A DNA stretch of 64,000 bases, from assembly GCA_002269645.1 (NCBI GenBank), contig NIVC01002906.1:1-64000 (forward strand), in the 5' to 3' direction. Both the position numbers and the translations under genes were made by a program. A model generated the notes under the pieces. It was not told where the DNA came from. It did not search any database and worked only from the letters and a program-made list of their open reading frames with translations. Positions within the stretch are counted from its first letter, which is position 1, and every line of letters starts with the position of its first letter. Source of the DNA: Macrostomum lignano. Taxonomy: Eukaryota. This document shows positions 23,270 through 63,420 of the stretch, one piece after another.

Positions 23270-24238
23270 CCTACCTGAGCAGATAGATTTCTGCCTGAGC
23301 AAATTGGATTCCTACCTGAGTAGACTAGATTCCTATCTGAGTAGTTTGGATTCCTACCTGAGTAGACTGGATTCCTACCTGAGTAGACTGGATTCCTACC
23401 TGAGTAGACTAGATTCCTATCTGAGTAGTTTGGATTCCTACCTGAGTAGACTAAATTCCTATCTGAGTAGACTGGATTCCTACCTGAGTAGACTGGATTC
23501 CTATCTGAGTAGACTAAATTCCTATCTGAGTAGACTGGATTCCTACCTGAGTAGACTGGATTCCTATCTGAGTAGACTGGATTCCTACCTGAGTAGATTG
23601 GATTCCTACCTGAGTAGATTGGATTCCTACCTGAGTAGACTGGATTCCTACCTGAGTAGACTGGATTCCTACCTGAGTAGCTGGATTCCTACCTGAGTAG
23701 TTTGGATTCCTACCTGAGTAGACTAGATTCCTATCTGAGTAGTTTGGATTCCTACCTGAGTAGACTGGATTCCTACCTGAGTAGACTGGATTCCTACCTG
23801 AGTAGACTAGATTCCTATCTGAGTAGTTTGGATTCCTACCTGAGTAGACTAAATTCCTATCTGAGTAGACTGGATTCCTACCTGAGTAGACTGGATTCCT
23901 ATCTGAGTAGACTAAATTCCTATCTGAGTAGACTGGATTCCTACCTGAGTAGACTGGATTCCTATCTGAGTAGACTGGATTCCTACCTGAGTAGATTGGA
24001 TTCCTACCTGAGTAGATTGGATTCCTACCTGAGTAGACTGGATTCCTACCTGAGTAGACTGGATTCCTACCTGAGTAGCTGGATTCCTACCTGAGTAGTT
24101 TGGATTCCTACCTGAGTAGCTGGATTCCTATCTGAGTAGTTTGGATTCCTACCTGAGCAGATTGGATCCCTACCTGAGCAGATTGGATTCCCACTTGAGC
24201 AGATTGGATCCCTACCTGAGCAGATTGGATCCCTACTT
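23270..24238. repeat. 21-bp minisatellite (CCTACCTGAGTAGACTGGATT) between the convergent 3' ends
   Basis: Tandem units; ~398-bp higher-order duplication. Confidence 0.95.
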
Positions 24239-25411
24239 GCGTTGGTTAAAGTGTTTGTTTCGCAATAATTTTATATTGCCGCTCTGCGCATCTGAATTAA
24301 TTTACCTCTTAAATATTCTTGGCTTTTGCTCGGGTACCTCTTGTTAAGCATGCCTTTTAATTTTCGGCACAAATTTTGGATTGCAGCTATATAGTTATTT
24401 TTGCACTAAATAGTTAAGGATGAGCACTATTATGCTGTTTGGTCTGCATGAAATATACGTACAGGCATCATGTATAAATGCCTTCCTTTCTGTTCTTGTC
24501 TTTCAGGTCTGCTGCAACACATTTCAACATAAGCCAGTTAGATTGCAGCTTAAAAACTGCGAGCCTTTTTCACTCAAAATTAGTTTATTAAAAAGTTAAT
24601 GATGAAGTCCACATTTTGGCAGTGTGTGATGTTCACTGCTTGAATAAAAGGGATCAGAATCAAGGTATTTTTTTGCATTGCAGCTAAATACAGCAGTGCT
24701 GCTTATAAACTATAATGTACTTAAGTAATCCTTTTCAGATAATTACAAATACTCGCTCTATACAGCAGGTCTCGCCAGCAATAATATAAAATTAGCATGT
24801 ACATTTACTCTACTGTACGTAGACATAAATATTGGGTCGATGTAATTTACATTGAATAGCAGGGTATACAGAAAAAGTTCATCGATGCCATTATTGTATG
24901 CCTGTATGGACTATAAAAAAGAAAAAACTATAATTTCTGTCGGCATTATGATTTTTATTATTTGGGAAGGTTCATTTCGTGAAAGACGTTAATTGCCTCA
25001 GTCAGCACTCAGCAGTTTTGTACGGGATTCGAAGGGTCGGGGAACTAATGCCATTACAAGTGTATTATCTGGCATGATGAGATTGCGAATCGTGTCTGCC
25101 TACCTTCATCTACATGTAATTGTTTGAGTCTATTTCGCTATGTACATTGACCGTGTACACCCGAAAGTCGCTTTCCACTCAGATCTATCTTCCTATCCCC
25201 GAGATGTACACTAAGCTAATGTACTCTGGATAGTCCCCCACACCCCGCCCCACCCCCGTTTTTCTTAACCACAAACCGCTATTGATTTTCTCTAACCCCC
25301 CCCTACCCACTTCCCCCGTGTTCGCTTTCTTTACTTTAATTTTCTATTGTAGGCTCAGACAGTAATTCACAACTTAATTCCAGAGAACAGCCTAGCCTGT
25401 ATTTTAATTCG

Positions 25412-50378
<24,967 letters not shown>

Positions 50379-50744
50379 TGTTTGCTTGCGCAGTTGATAC
50401 TCAAATACAATCTGCAATTTGAGGGGCAAATGGGGGCAGGAGGCTTTAATGCGTTATTGTTCATTTTTTGTCAGAGGCAGATAGTCATAAATTAATGACT
50501 ATTATTTTTCACTTGTCTGTGCTCATGCTCAGAGCTCTTAATTAAGCTGCCAATGCATTGACACAGGGTTTGGTTAGCGGGTTGGTCTGTGTATTTAAAA
50601 AGTTTCTGAGTTAGCCAATGGTCTTTGTTAACTAATAATAACTAAAATTAGGCGTTGATTGACAAAGACCACTGAATATACTGTGACAAATACTCCGGAG
50701 GAGACAGTGGAAACGTGGGAGAGAATGTACTTGCTGCTTAGTAG

Positions 50745-51435
50745 TAGGCATGAGGAATGTTACAGATACTGTAGTAGACATGAGGAATGTTACAGATACT
50801 GTAGTAGACATGAGGAATGTTACAGATACTGTAGTAGACATGAGGAATGTTACAGATACTGTAGTAGACATGAGGAATGTTACAGATACTGTAGTAGACA
50901 TGAGGAATGTTACAGATACTGTAGTAGACATGAGGAATGTTACAGATACTGTAGTAGACATGAGGAATGTTACAGATACTGTAGTAGACATGAGGAATGT
51001 TACAGATACTGTAGTAGACATGAGGAATGTTACAGATACTGTAGTAGACATGAGGAATGTTACAGATACTGTAGTAGACATGAGGAATGTTACAGATACT
51101 GTAGTAGATAATAGAGGCTGTAGTAGATAACAGAGGCTGTAGTATATAACATAGGCTGTAGTAGATTACAGAGGCTGTAGTAGATAACAGAGGCTGTAGT
51201 AGATAACAGAGGCTGTAGTATATAACAGAGGCTGTAGTAGATTACAGAGGCTGTAGTTTATAACAGAGGCTGTAGTATATAACAGAGGCTGTAGTAGATT
51301 ACAGAGGCTGTAGTTTATAACAGAGGCTGTAGTATATAACAGAGGCTGTAGTAGATTACAGAGGCTGTGGTAGATAACAGAGGCTGTAGTAGATTACAGA
51401 GGCTGTAGTAGATAACAGAGGCTGTAGTAGATAAC
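50745..51435. repeat. Near-perfect 30-bp array (AGACATGAGGAATGTTACAGATACTGTAGT) followed by a 19-bp array (TAGTAGATAACAGAGGCTG)
   Basis: Two adjacent arrays sharing CTGTAGTAG. Confidence 0.95.
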
Positions 51436-52284
51436 AAGACTAATGCACCAAAGCCCGTGTAACAGAACTATTTTTAACTATCCTCAAAGCGAACCGCCTG
51501 GACATTTTGTGTGCAGTTATGCACCTGGTCGATCGCATCAGCTCCACAGGGGTGGCTTGCCTCAGAAGAAGAAAATCTTGGAGTGCAGAAAAAAGCAGAA
51601 TGCTCCAAAGAGAAAAAGGAGCCGATTAAATAAGAACCAGGCTGTCCCGCGTTCTGCAATTCCCATGATGACGTGCAGCTTCTCGAGATTTTCTCTTTAC
51701 TCCGCTTCCAGAGCGGGAGCTCCACAATTTTTTCCTTTTGCACTTTCCGCTCGAAAATTAATCGTTAGAAAGATTTTGTTATATAGGCAGTTTCCACTGG
51801 CAGTATAAATTAACACAGCGAGTATTAGCTATTCGATATTAAATTTTCTAGTTGATAGATTGATGAAGGTAGAAAATTAAATCCGGAAGCTGGAATCGAA
51901 GTGTCAAAAATGTATGTTGATATTTTTTAAATTTCCCAGAACTGAATTTCTCGACTGTACTCGTATCCCGGTCAATGTCCCCGGGTTCGAATCCGCGTGG
52001 ATCTGGGCAAACAAGCAGTTATGGTGCATTCAGGCAGCAGCTGGCCAAAGTCTCAGGCTGCGTGTGAACACAATCAACACGAGCCTAGCCTGTAGAGAGC
52101 AATTTAAGGCTTATAAAATTTTATTAGACTCAAGCTCAACAAGGTCTCACAACTTCAGTCATGTGACTGCCTATAACTCTTCCCAATGCCCCGATTTTCG
52201 TATAGAAAAAACTTTCATTGGAGGCCGGGGTTTCTCTGTTTAGCTTCACGTATTGTTCAGTATTATTTCATGCGATCAGCTGAT

Positions 52285-52609
52285 GGGGGCCGTAGCCCGC
52301 ATGGTCTAGCTCAGCGCTCTGGTGTGCCAGCAGTCCAGGTTCGATTCACACAAATTTGGGGGCTGAATTGGAATATCGGCTTGGCTCTGCTCGTGCTATT
52401 AACGCCCTTTGGAGGCCAACCACCAAGGTACGGTGAGGTGTACCGCTGTGCCGCTGTGCACTCCTGTGTGAGTGTGTGCCTGTGCGTATCACTGCGTACG
52501 TATCCGCGCGCTTGTGTGCCTGCTCAGGGCAGTCGGCGGAATGGGCAGTAATGCTTCTCGCCGGTTGTGTGACAATGTCGCTTAAACAGCTCCCTGCCTC
52601 TAATAAAAA
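52285..52609 (+). mobile_element. tRNA-derived SINE, copy 2
   Basis: Head GGGGGCCGTAGCC, B box GGTTCGATTC; shared body (GGCGGAATGGGCAGTAATGC..CTCGCCGGTTGTGTG) and shared tail CCCTGCCTCTAATAAAAA. Confidence 0.85.
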
Positions 52610-52975
52610 GGCAATTGTCACTGCAGGCAATTGTCACTGCAGGCAATTGTCACTGCAGGCAATTGTCACTGCAGGCAATTGTCACTGCAGGCAATTGTCA
52701 CTGCAGGCAATTGTCACTGCAGGCAATTGTCACTGCAGGCAATTGTCACTGCAGGCAATTGTCACTGCAGGCAATTGTCACTGCAGGCAATTGTCACTGC
52801 AGGCAATTGTCACTGCAGACAATTGTCACTGCAGGCAATTGTCACTGCAGGCAATTGTCACTGCAGGCAATTGTCACTGCAGGCAATTGTCACTGCAGGC
52901 AATTGTCACTGCAGGCAATTGTCACTGCAGGCAATTGTCACTGCAGGCAATTGTCACTGCAGGCAATTGTCACTG
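52610..52975. repeat. Near-perfect 16-bp array (GGCAATTGTCACTGCA)
   Basis: Begins right at the tail of SINE copy 2. Confidence 0.96.
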
Positions 52976-54405
52976 TTGTGCGTCTCCTTGCTCTAGGCTG
53001 GGGAGAGCCAGGTGTGCTCAGCAGCAGCAACTTCTGTCAAGGGTAAAGAACAAAATGCTTTGCTGTTTTGAGAAGAAGTGAGCCGGTGCATCCCGAGCTC
53101 CTCATTCGCATTGTTTCAAGCTGCCACTACAGAGAGACTCTTCACCTTCAGGCACGCTTCTTTCAGAATTTCAGGTGCCCTACTCAAAGAGGAAATGCCC
53201 CGTGCTCTTAGTTTCTATCGAGAGCCCCCTGGGTTTCCAAGGCATCAAGGCTCTGTGACCCTGACACGTTTAGAAGGGCTTATATGACAAGATTATGAGC
53301 GGAGCTCAGATCATTCTTTCTATTCTCTGAAGCGACCGGCAGTCTGAATTCTTTCATTCTATCCAGACACAATACTATTGATATTATAATAAATTATTCA
53401 AAGTTTGAGCTGTCAATCAAAACACAACTAAATTTTTCCGCTAAAAGATCTGGCTCAAAGAAGTCAGCTGCAGTTACTCTTATAGAAAACTTATTCCGAC
53501 TTGGCTTCCACACCAGATTCTGTACAATATCAGGTTGGCATTGGCTTTGTAAATCAAACCCTGGGAATTAGATAAAGTAGCCGAACAGCCCATAATATCA
53601 TAAAAATTTTGATTGTTAGGCAGCGGCGCTGGAATTTTATGTGCCGTGGACTTCTAGATAAGAGACTATCTGGATTGCGAACATGGACAACTAAAGCAAC
53701 CGAATTTGTCTATGGCGAAACCTCATTTATAAAACGCAACTGAAAATTTTCCAGAACGCCTCGGAGATTCGCTTTGACTGCGAGATGAACAGACAGCCGC
53801 GCAATTCGAGGCTGATGGAGAAAAACTTATCGAATAACGGCGGCACGCCGTGGCCTTCAAAGGGGATGAATAAATCTCAGTTTGAAAGAACTTCCCAGCA
53901 GGAACACCGCTGTCTGCCCCTAAGCCGCTGCCGCACAATGGGAGGATACTAATACTAAAAATAATCATCTACTTTTATTGCTCCCCGGCCGGCGGATGTG
54001 CGGTGGGGACTGATAGCAGATCCGGCAGTCTCCAGCTTCCCATCTTCATCTCTGCGCCAGCATCCCCAATCGACTGTTTTATTATTTTTCTTTTGCCTAA
54101 GAAGGTGCCGCCCAAATCTGCTACGTGACTTTCTATCCTGTAAGATTTATTACCGGCTATTGCGCAATACTGAGGTAAACTGCAGGCATGTGCTCGGGCC
54201 GCTCCTGGCCTCATCACGGACTGCGGAACAGCGGGGGGTCCGAACACAGGCTCTGTCCTTCCTGTCCTCGACTTGCTGCTTTTGCTTCAGGTTCGTGCAA
54301 AATGGTTGGGAAACTTTGCATAGAATTCTCCCAGTACAGTCGTCTGTGGATTTTTATACGAGCTGCTTTTTGAAGGTTTGTAGGGCAGAAAGAAGTTCAC
54401 TGCCA

Positions 54406-54686
<281 letters not shown>

Positions 54687-55204
54687 ACACACAGAGCCTG
54701 ACTACCTATCTGCAGGCGCATGCCATAGCCATAATGAGATTAATTAATTCTCACCTGTGCTCTGAGTTTCTCAGTCGCCGCCGGGCTCAATCAGCAGCTA
54801 CGAGTACATCCGGTAGATCGAAGCTCCGCAGTGAAAAAGCAGCCGCAGCACCGCTGACTCGCAGCAGCCGATGCCGAAGGGGATTCACAGCAAATCCTGT
54901 CCATACACGAACCCTCATGAGAGTCTTTGCTTCGGTAAGAATATGCGGCATTGGCATTAATAATAAGGAAGTGTGTGGGGATCACCCTGCTGAACTCTCT
55001 GCAGCCAATGAGAATCCAGCGCTCACATCATTGGCCAGTCACTACTTTGGTTGATTCATTCATGCTGCTCCAGAGTCTCGTTCATTATTGCGCATGAGGC
55101 CCGACAGAAGCCAGTTTATCTTCTGCTTTGGATTTTCCAACTGTTTTATGGCTCTCATTTTCAAACTGTTCCGTTTTCTTTCTTCTCTACAAGTCTACCC
55201 CTGC

Positions 55205-56820
55205 TCTATCTCTGTTCTATCTCTCTCTGTTCCATCTCTCTCTGTTCTATCTCTCTCTGTTCCATCTCTCTCTGTTCTATCTCTCTCTGTTCTATCTCTC
55301 TCTGTTCTATTTCTCTCTGTTCTATCTCTCTCTGTTCTATCTCTCTCTGTTCTATTTCTCTCTGTTCTATTTCTTTCTGTTCTATCTCTCTTCTTTCTGT
55401 TCAATTTCTCTCTGTTCTATCTCTCTCTGTTCTATCTCTCTGTTCTATCTCTCTCTGTTCTATCTCTCTCTGTTCTATCTCTCTCTGTTCTATCTCTCTC
55501 TGTTCTATCTCTCTCTGTTTTATCTCTCTCTGTTCTATCTCTCTCTGTTCTATCACTCTCTGTTCTATCTCTCTCTGTTCTATCTCTCTGTTCTATCTCT
55601 CTCTGTTCTATCTCTCTCTGTTCTATCTCTCTGTTCTATCTCTCTCTGTTCTATCTCTCTCTGTTCTATCACTCTCTGTTCTATCTCTCTCTGTTCTATC
55701 TCTCTCTGTTCTATCTCTCTCTGTTCTATCACTCTCTGTTCTATCTCTCTCTGTTCTATCTCTCTGTTCTATCTCTCTCTGTTCTATCTCTCTCTGTTCT
55801 ATCACTCTCTGTTCTATCTCTCTCTGTTCTATTTCTCTCTGTTCTATCTCTCTCTGTTCTATCTCTCTCTGTTCTATCACTCTCTGTTCTATCTCTCTCT
55901 GTTCTATCTCTCTGTTCTATCTCTCTCTGTTCTATCTCTCTCTGTTCTATTTCTCTCTGTTCTATTTCTTTCTGTTCTATCTCTCTTCTTTCTGTTCAAT
56001 TTCTCTCTGTTCTATCTCTCTCTGTTCTATCTCTCTGTTCTATCTCTCTCTGTTCCATCTCTCTCTGTTCTATCTCTCTCTGTTCTATCTCTCTTCTTTC
56101 TGTTCAATTTCTCTCTGTTCTATCTCTCTCTGTTCTATCTCTCTTCTTTCTGTTCAATTTCTCTCTGTTCTATCTCTCTCTGTTCTATCTCTCTGTTCTA
56201 TCTCTCTCTGTTCTATCTCTCTCTGTTCTATCTCTCTCTGTTCTATCTCTCTCTGTTCTATCTCTCTGTTCTATCTCTCTCTGTTCCATCTCTCTCTGTT
56301 CTAGCTCTCTCTGTTCTATCTCTCTTCTTTCTGTTCAATTTCTCTCTGTTCTATCTCTCTCTGTTCTATCTCTCTTCTTTCTGTTCAATTTCTCTCTGTT
56401 CTATCTCTCTCTGTTCTATCTCTCTGTTCTATCTCTCTCTGTTCTATCTCTCTCTGTTCTATCTCTCTCTGTTCTATCACTCTCTGTTCTATCTCTCTCT
56501 GTTCTATCTCTCTCTGTTCTATCACTCTCTGTTCTATCTCTCTGATCTATCTCTGTTCTCTCTGTTCTATCTCTCTCTGTTCTATCACTCTCTGTTCTAT
56601 CTCTCTGTTCTATCTCTTTCTGTTCCATCTCTCTGATCTATCTCTGTTCTCTCTGTTCTATCTCTCTGTTCTATCTCTCTGTTCTATCTCTCTGTTCTAT
56701 CTCTCTCTGTTCTATCACTCTCTGTTCTATCGCTCTATGTTCTATCTCTCTCTGTTCTATCTCTCTGTTCTATCTCTCTCTGCTCTATCTCTTTCTCAGT
56801 TCTATTTCTCTCTGTTCGAT
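55205..56820. repeat. 13-15-bp pyrimidine-rich array (CTCTCTCTGTTCTAT)
   Basis: Directly visible. Confidence 0.95.
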
Positions 56821-57544
56821 CTATATTGAATCTATATCGATATATGTTCTCAGTTCTCTCTATAGTTAATGTTATTTCTATATCTTTAATTGTCTTAACA
56901 AAGTTTCACACTCAATACTCAAGTAATAAATCTGTGCAAGCCACATCAATTCACAACAGCAGCCGAAAAACAATTAATGAACAAATATCAGTTCAACAAA
57001 GAGCTCAATTGCACAGCAAAAGCACTTGAATGAGACACATGGTCACTCCGTGGGAACAACTGCGCTGTCTTAATAATTTGTTTTACTTTCTCAAGAATCA
57101 AACTTTCTGCCTTGCCCATTGAAGCTTTCTAACTGACAGATGGCGCCTCGGAGCTTTGCAGGTTTTCTCTTGGGCGGGGGGGGGTAATTGCAGAGTCTGC
57201 CTCTAGAGGCAAACGGGTCCGCTGATAATAAAATACTTTCGCGCCAGTGAATGCCGCGGTCGTGGCTTACAGTTCAGGAGTAGAAGTGTTTTATGACTCT
57301 TTATGGAAACTGCGACTCAGGACCTGCTGAAATGGAGGAGAGCTCAGCATTAAGCAGCTTGCCGCTGAGTCCTTAGTCTGAGTCCTCGTATTTAGAGAGC
57401 TCCGCCTGTGCGCCGTTAGGGAAGTCGATAAGCTGGAGTGGAGGGCACTAAACTGCTGAGCTGCTGCAATCAATAAGGCAAAATTAAGCTTGAGTTCACA
57501 CTTTCAGTCTTATGTCAGTTAGCTTTTATAGTCTTCAGCTGGGG

Positions 57545-60500
57545 TCTCACTCTCTGTCTCACTCTCTCCCGCTGTCACACTCTCTCCCACTGTCTCACTC
57601 TCTCCCGCTGTCACACTCTCTCCCGCTGTCTCACTCTCTCCCACTGTCTCACTCTCTCCCGCTGTCACACTCTCTCCCGCTGTCTCACTCTCTCCCACTG
57701 TCTCACTCTCTCCCACTGTCTCACTCTCTCCCACTGTCTCACTCTCTCCCACTGTCACACTCTCTCCCACTGTCACACTCTCTCCCACTGTCACACTCTC
57801 TCCCACTGTCTCACTCTCTCCCACTGCCTCACTCTCTTCCACTGTCTCACTCTCTCCCACTGTCTCACTCTCTCCCCCTGTCTTACTCTCTCCCACTGTC
57901 TCACTCTCTCCCACTGTCACACTCTCTCCCACTGTCTCACTCTCTCCCACTGTCTCACTCTCTCCCACTGTCTCACTCTCTCCCACTGTCTCACTCTCTC
58001 CCACTGTCTCACTCTCTCCCACTGTCTCACTCTCTCCCACTGTCTCACTCTCTCCCACTGTCTCACTCTCTCCCACTGTCTCACTCTCTCCCACTGTCTC
58101 ACTCTCTCCCACTGTCTCACTCTCTCCCACTGTCTCACTCTCTCCCACTGTCTCACTCTCTCCCACTGTCTCACTCTCTCCCACTGTCACACTCTCTCCC
58201 GCTGTCTCACTCTCTCCCACTGTCTCACTCTCTCCCGCTGTCACACTCTCTCCCGCTGTCTCACTCTCTCCCACTGTCTCACTCTCTCCCACTGTCTCAC
58301 TCTCTCCCCCTGTCTCACTCTCTCCCGCTGTCTCACTCTCTCCCACTGTCACACTCTCTCCCGCTGTCACACTCTCTCCCGCTGTCTCACTCTCTCCCAC
58401 TGTCTCACTCTCTCCCACTGTCTCACTCTCTCCAACAGTCTCACTCTCTCCCGCTGTCTCACTCTCTCCCACTGTCTCACTCTCTCCCGCTGTCTCACTC
58501 TCTCCCACTGTCTCACTCTCTCCCACTGTCTCACTCTCTCCCACTGCCTCACTCTCTCCCACTGCCTCACTCTCTCCCACTATCTCACTCTCTCCCACTG
58601 TCTCACTCTCTCCCACTGTCACACTGTCTCCCACTGTCACACTCTCTCCCACTGTCTCACTCTCTCCCAATGTCTCACTCTCTCCCGCTGTCTCACTCTC
58701 TCCCACTGTCTCACTCTCTCCCACTGTCTCACTCTCTCCCACTATCTCACTCTCTCCCACTGTCTCACTCTCTCTCTCACTCGCTGTCTCAATCTCTCCT
58801 GCTATCTCACTCTCTCCCACTGTTTCACTCTCTCTCTCACTCGCTGTCTCACTCTCTCTCTCACTCGCTGTCTCACTCTCTCCCACTGTCTCACTCTCTC
58901 CTACTGTCACACTCTCTCCCACTGTCTCACTCTCTCCCACTGTCACACTCTCTCCCGCTGTCTCACTCTCTCCCACTGTCTCACTCTCTCCCGCTGTCTC
59001 ACTCTCTCCCGCTGTCTCACTCTCTCCCGCTGTCTCACTCTCTCCCACTGTCTCACTCTCTCCCACTGCCTCACTCTCTCCCACTGTCTCACTCTCTCCC
59101 ACTGTCTCACTCTCTCCCACTGTCTCACTCTCTCCCACTGTCTCACTCTCTCCCACTGTCTCACTCTCTCCCACTGCCTCACTCTCTCCCACTATCTCAC
59201 TCTCTCCCACTGTCTCACTCTCTCCCACTATCTCACTCTCTGTCTCTCTCTCCCACTGTCTCTCTCTCTCTCTCCCTCAGTCGCTGTCTCAATCTCTCCT
59301 GTTATCTCACTCTCTTCCACTGTTTCACTCTCTCTCTCACTCGCTGTCTCACTCTCTCCCACTGTCTTACTTTCTCCCACTGTCTCACTCTCTCCCACTG
59401 TCTCACTCTCTCCCACTGTCACACTGTCTCCCACTGTCACACTCTCTCCCACTGTCTCACTCTCTCCCACTGTCACACTCTCTCCCAATGTCTCACTCTC
59501 TCCCGCTGTCTCACTCTCTCCCACTGTCTCACTCTCTCCCACTGTCATACTCTCTCCCACTGTCTCACTCTCTCCCACTATCTCACTCTCTCCCACTGTC
59601 TCACTCTCTCCCAATGTCTCACTCTCTCCCGCTGTCTCACTCTCTCCCACTGTCTCACTCTCTCCCACTGTCTCACTCTCTCCCACTATCTCACTCTCTC
59701 CCACTGTCTCACTCTCTCTCTCACTCGCTGTCTCAATCTCTCCTGCTATCTCACTCTCTCCCACTGTTTCACTCTCTCTCTCACTCGCTGTCTCACTCTC
59801 TCTCTCACTCGCTGTCTCACTCTCTCCCACTGTCTTACTCTCTCCCACTGTCTCACTCTCTCCTACTGTCACACTCTCTCCCACTGTCTCACTCTCTCCC
59901 ACTGTCTCACTCTCTCCCACTGCCTCACTCTCTCCCACTGTCTCACTCTCTCCCGCTGTCTCACTCTCTCCCGCTGTCTCACTCTCTCCCGCTGTCTCAC
60001 TCTCTCCCACTGTCTCACTCTCTCCCACTGCCTCACTCTCTCCCACTGTCTCACTCTCTCCCACTGTCTCACTCTCTCCCACTGTCTCACTCTCTCCCAC
60101 TGTCACACTCTCTCCCACTGTCTCACTCTCTCCCACTGCCTCACTCTCTCCCACTATCTCACTCTCTCCCACTGTCTCACTCTCTCTCTCTCACTCGCTG
60201 TCTCAATCTCTCCCGCTATCTCACTCTCTCCCACTGTCTCACTCTCTCTCTCACTCGCTGTCTCACTCTCTCCCACTGTCTCACTCTCTCCCGCTGTCTC
60301 ACTCTCTCCCACTGTCTCACTCTCTCCCGCTGTCTCACTCTCTCCCACTGTCTCACTCTCTCCCACTGTCTCACTCTCTCCCACTGCCTCACTCTCTCCC
60401 ACTGTCTCACTCTCTCCCGCTGTCTCACTCTCTCCCGCTGTCTCACTCTCTCCCGCTGTCTCACTCTCTCCCACTGCCTCACTCTCTCCCACTGCCTCAC

Positions 60501-60930
60501 TCTCTCCCACTGTCTCACTCTCTCCCACTGTCTCACTCTCTCCCACTGTCACACTCTCTTCCACTATCTCACTCTCTCCCACTGTCTCACTCTCTCCCAC
60601 TGTCTCACTCTCTCCCGCTGTCTCACTCTCTCCCACTGTCTCACTCTCTCCCACTGTCTCACTCTCTCCCACTGTCTCACTCTCTCCCGCTGTCTCACTC
60701 TCCCCCACTGTCACACTCTCTCCCACTGTCTCACTCTCTCCCACTGTCTCACTCTCTCCCACTATCTCACTCTCTCCCACTATCTCACTCTCTCCCACTA
60801 TCTCACTCTCTCCCACTGTCACACTCTCTCCCACTATCTCACTCTCTCCCACTATCTCACTCTCTCCCACTGTCTCACTCTCTCCCACTGCCTCACTCTC
60901 TCCCACTGTCTCACTCTCTCCCACTGTCAC
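57545..60930. repeat. 18-bp pyrimidine-rich array (CTCACTCTCTCCCACTGT) with block duplications
   Basis: Directly visible; source of the 1154-aa spurious ORF. Confidence 0.97.
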
Positions 60931-61600
60931 ACTAGTGGCTTTCTCTCTTTGTCAAAATTTGTTCTTTATGCTGTGAGCTTGCAGCAGAAAAAGTCTTCTA
61001 CATGGCTGGTTCCTCTCGTCTGTGTGATCGCTGCCCCGGCCCCAAGCAAATTCACTTTCTTCAAGCAGAGCATTCCGTCATTGTTGCTGTCTCTCGCTGA
61101 TCTGCCAGCCAGGCTAGCAGGCCTGACTTCTTGTTCGTGAAGCAATAATTTTTTTCCTTTCCATTTTCCCCTCTCTCCTAATCCTTTCATTGTAGGAAAC
61201 ATGTTAGCTTTTTAGGAAAAAACTACCTGGTAAAGATTCTCAGGTAGCAAAGCTCACGGGCTTAAAGCACTGCCGGTAGGCCAAGCTTTGTCTGACTGGG
61301 GAAGTGGCATGGGGTTGGCGGGGGGCGCCACCTTAGCACCCCTCCCGTTTGGCCCCCATGCACTGGAGGGAGCAGAGTCAGCAAACTAATTCTAAGGCAT
61401 TATGAAATCGCTGATCAGTGCAAGGATTTATTAATTTTCCTGGGTTAACTGCGCGCTCCTGCGCGTTTTACTGTGTTTAGAGAGCCGACACCAGATGGGG
61501 CAGGTGCGACCGAAATGTAATGAACTCTTCGCTGCGAGTGGCTCACAAAGACTGAATAGAGACTTGATCTGGACAGTTTGTTAGAGTAGTATGAGTAGTA

Positions 61601-62137
<537 letters not shown>

Positions 62138-62581
62138 GCTGCCCCGTCTCCATTCAGCAAGTGGAGTTAAAAATCCAAATCCAGCAATATAATTTACAAC
62201 CGGGCAGCGCTGATTGGAGGCCATAAATCATATTGGAAATGAAAGATTTTTTACCGGGCGGCAGTTTCAGAGATCTGCCCCACTGATGCAGCGCGGCATT
62301 GCCGTGCCCAGCCTCAGCCGCAGTGGCAGCAATTCTGGTTACGGCAGAGGCTTGCGCAATCCAAACTCTGGTCTGTTACTTTTGCCAAATGCGTTCTCGA
62401 GAGCTCGGGATGCCGTGTGTATAGTGCTATAAAATGTACAGTCATAGTTGCCATGCAAAATTTTCCTTTTGCTTGAATTGTCAACTTGGTCGTGTTTTCC
62501 GATTCTTACGAGTAGCTCGATGACAAACTGCCGGTAGCAATTCCCTAGCAACCCAAATAGGCTTGCCGTCTGCAGCGATTA

Positions 62582-63420
62582 GGGCGCGAAATTACTGGCC
62601 ATATTTTGTGTCAAAAAAGAGCTATATTTTTGTGTCAGAGGGAGCCATATTTTTGTGTCAGAGGGTTCCATATTTTGGTGTCAGAGGGAGCCATATTTTG
62701 TGTCAGAGGCTGCCATATTTTGTGTCAGAGGCTGCCATATTTTGTGTCAGAGGCTGCCATATTTTGTGTCAGAGGCTGCCATATTTTGTGTCAGAGGCTG
62801 CCATATTTTGTGTCAGAGGCTGCCATATTTTGTGTCAGAGGCTGCCATATTTTGTGTCAGAGGCTGCCATATTTTGTGTCAGAGGCTGCCATATTTAGCG
62901 TCAGAGTGAGCCATATTTTAGTGTCAGAGGCTGCCATATTTAGTGTCAGAGTGAGCCAAATTTTAGTGTCAGAGGCTGCCATATTTTGGTGTCAGATAGA
63001 GTCGAATTTTTGTGTCATAGGGTGAGATATTTTGTGTCCGAGGGTGCCATATTTTGTCAGAGGGTGCGATATTTTGTGTCAGAGGGTGAGATATTTTGTG
63101 TCAGAGGGTGAGATATTTTGTGTCCGAGGGTGCCATATTTTTGTCAGAGGGTGAGATATTTTTGTCAGAGGGTGAGATATTTTGTGTCAGAGGGTGAGAT
63201 ATTTTGTGTCAGAGGGTGAGATATTTTGTGTCCGAGGGTGCCATATTTTTGTCAGAGGGTGAGATATTTTTGTCAGAGGGTGAGATATTTTGTGTCAGAG
63301 GGTGAGATATTTTGTGTCAGAGGGTGAGATATTTTGTGTCCGAGGGTGAGATATTTTGTGTCAAAGGGTGAGATATTTTGTGTCAGAGGGTGAGATATTT
63401 TGTGTCCGAGGGTGCCATAC
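62582..63420. repeat. ~22-bp minisatellite (TTTGTGTCAGAGGCTGCCATAT grading into TTTGTGTCAGAGGGTGAGATAT)
   Basis: Tandem units with a variant gradient. Confidence 0.93.

Noticed and set aside
51914-52243. CUB-like motif WCIQAAAGQSLRLRV
   Set aside because: Lacks the preceding Cys and downstream D/Y motifs, has no clear splice sites or partner exons; likely chance.
53723-53968. MIIFSISILPLCG ORF as the receptor signal peptide
   Set aside because: No phase-1 donor after the hydrophobic stretch; 50327-50378 fits better.
55051-61140. Very long ORFs (up to 1154 aa; SHSLPL, GESETV, LSVLSL repeats)
   Set aside because: Translations of stop-free tandem arrays that are open in several frames on both strands; no splice or codon evidence.
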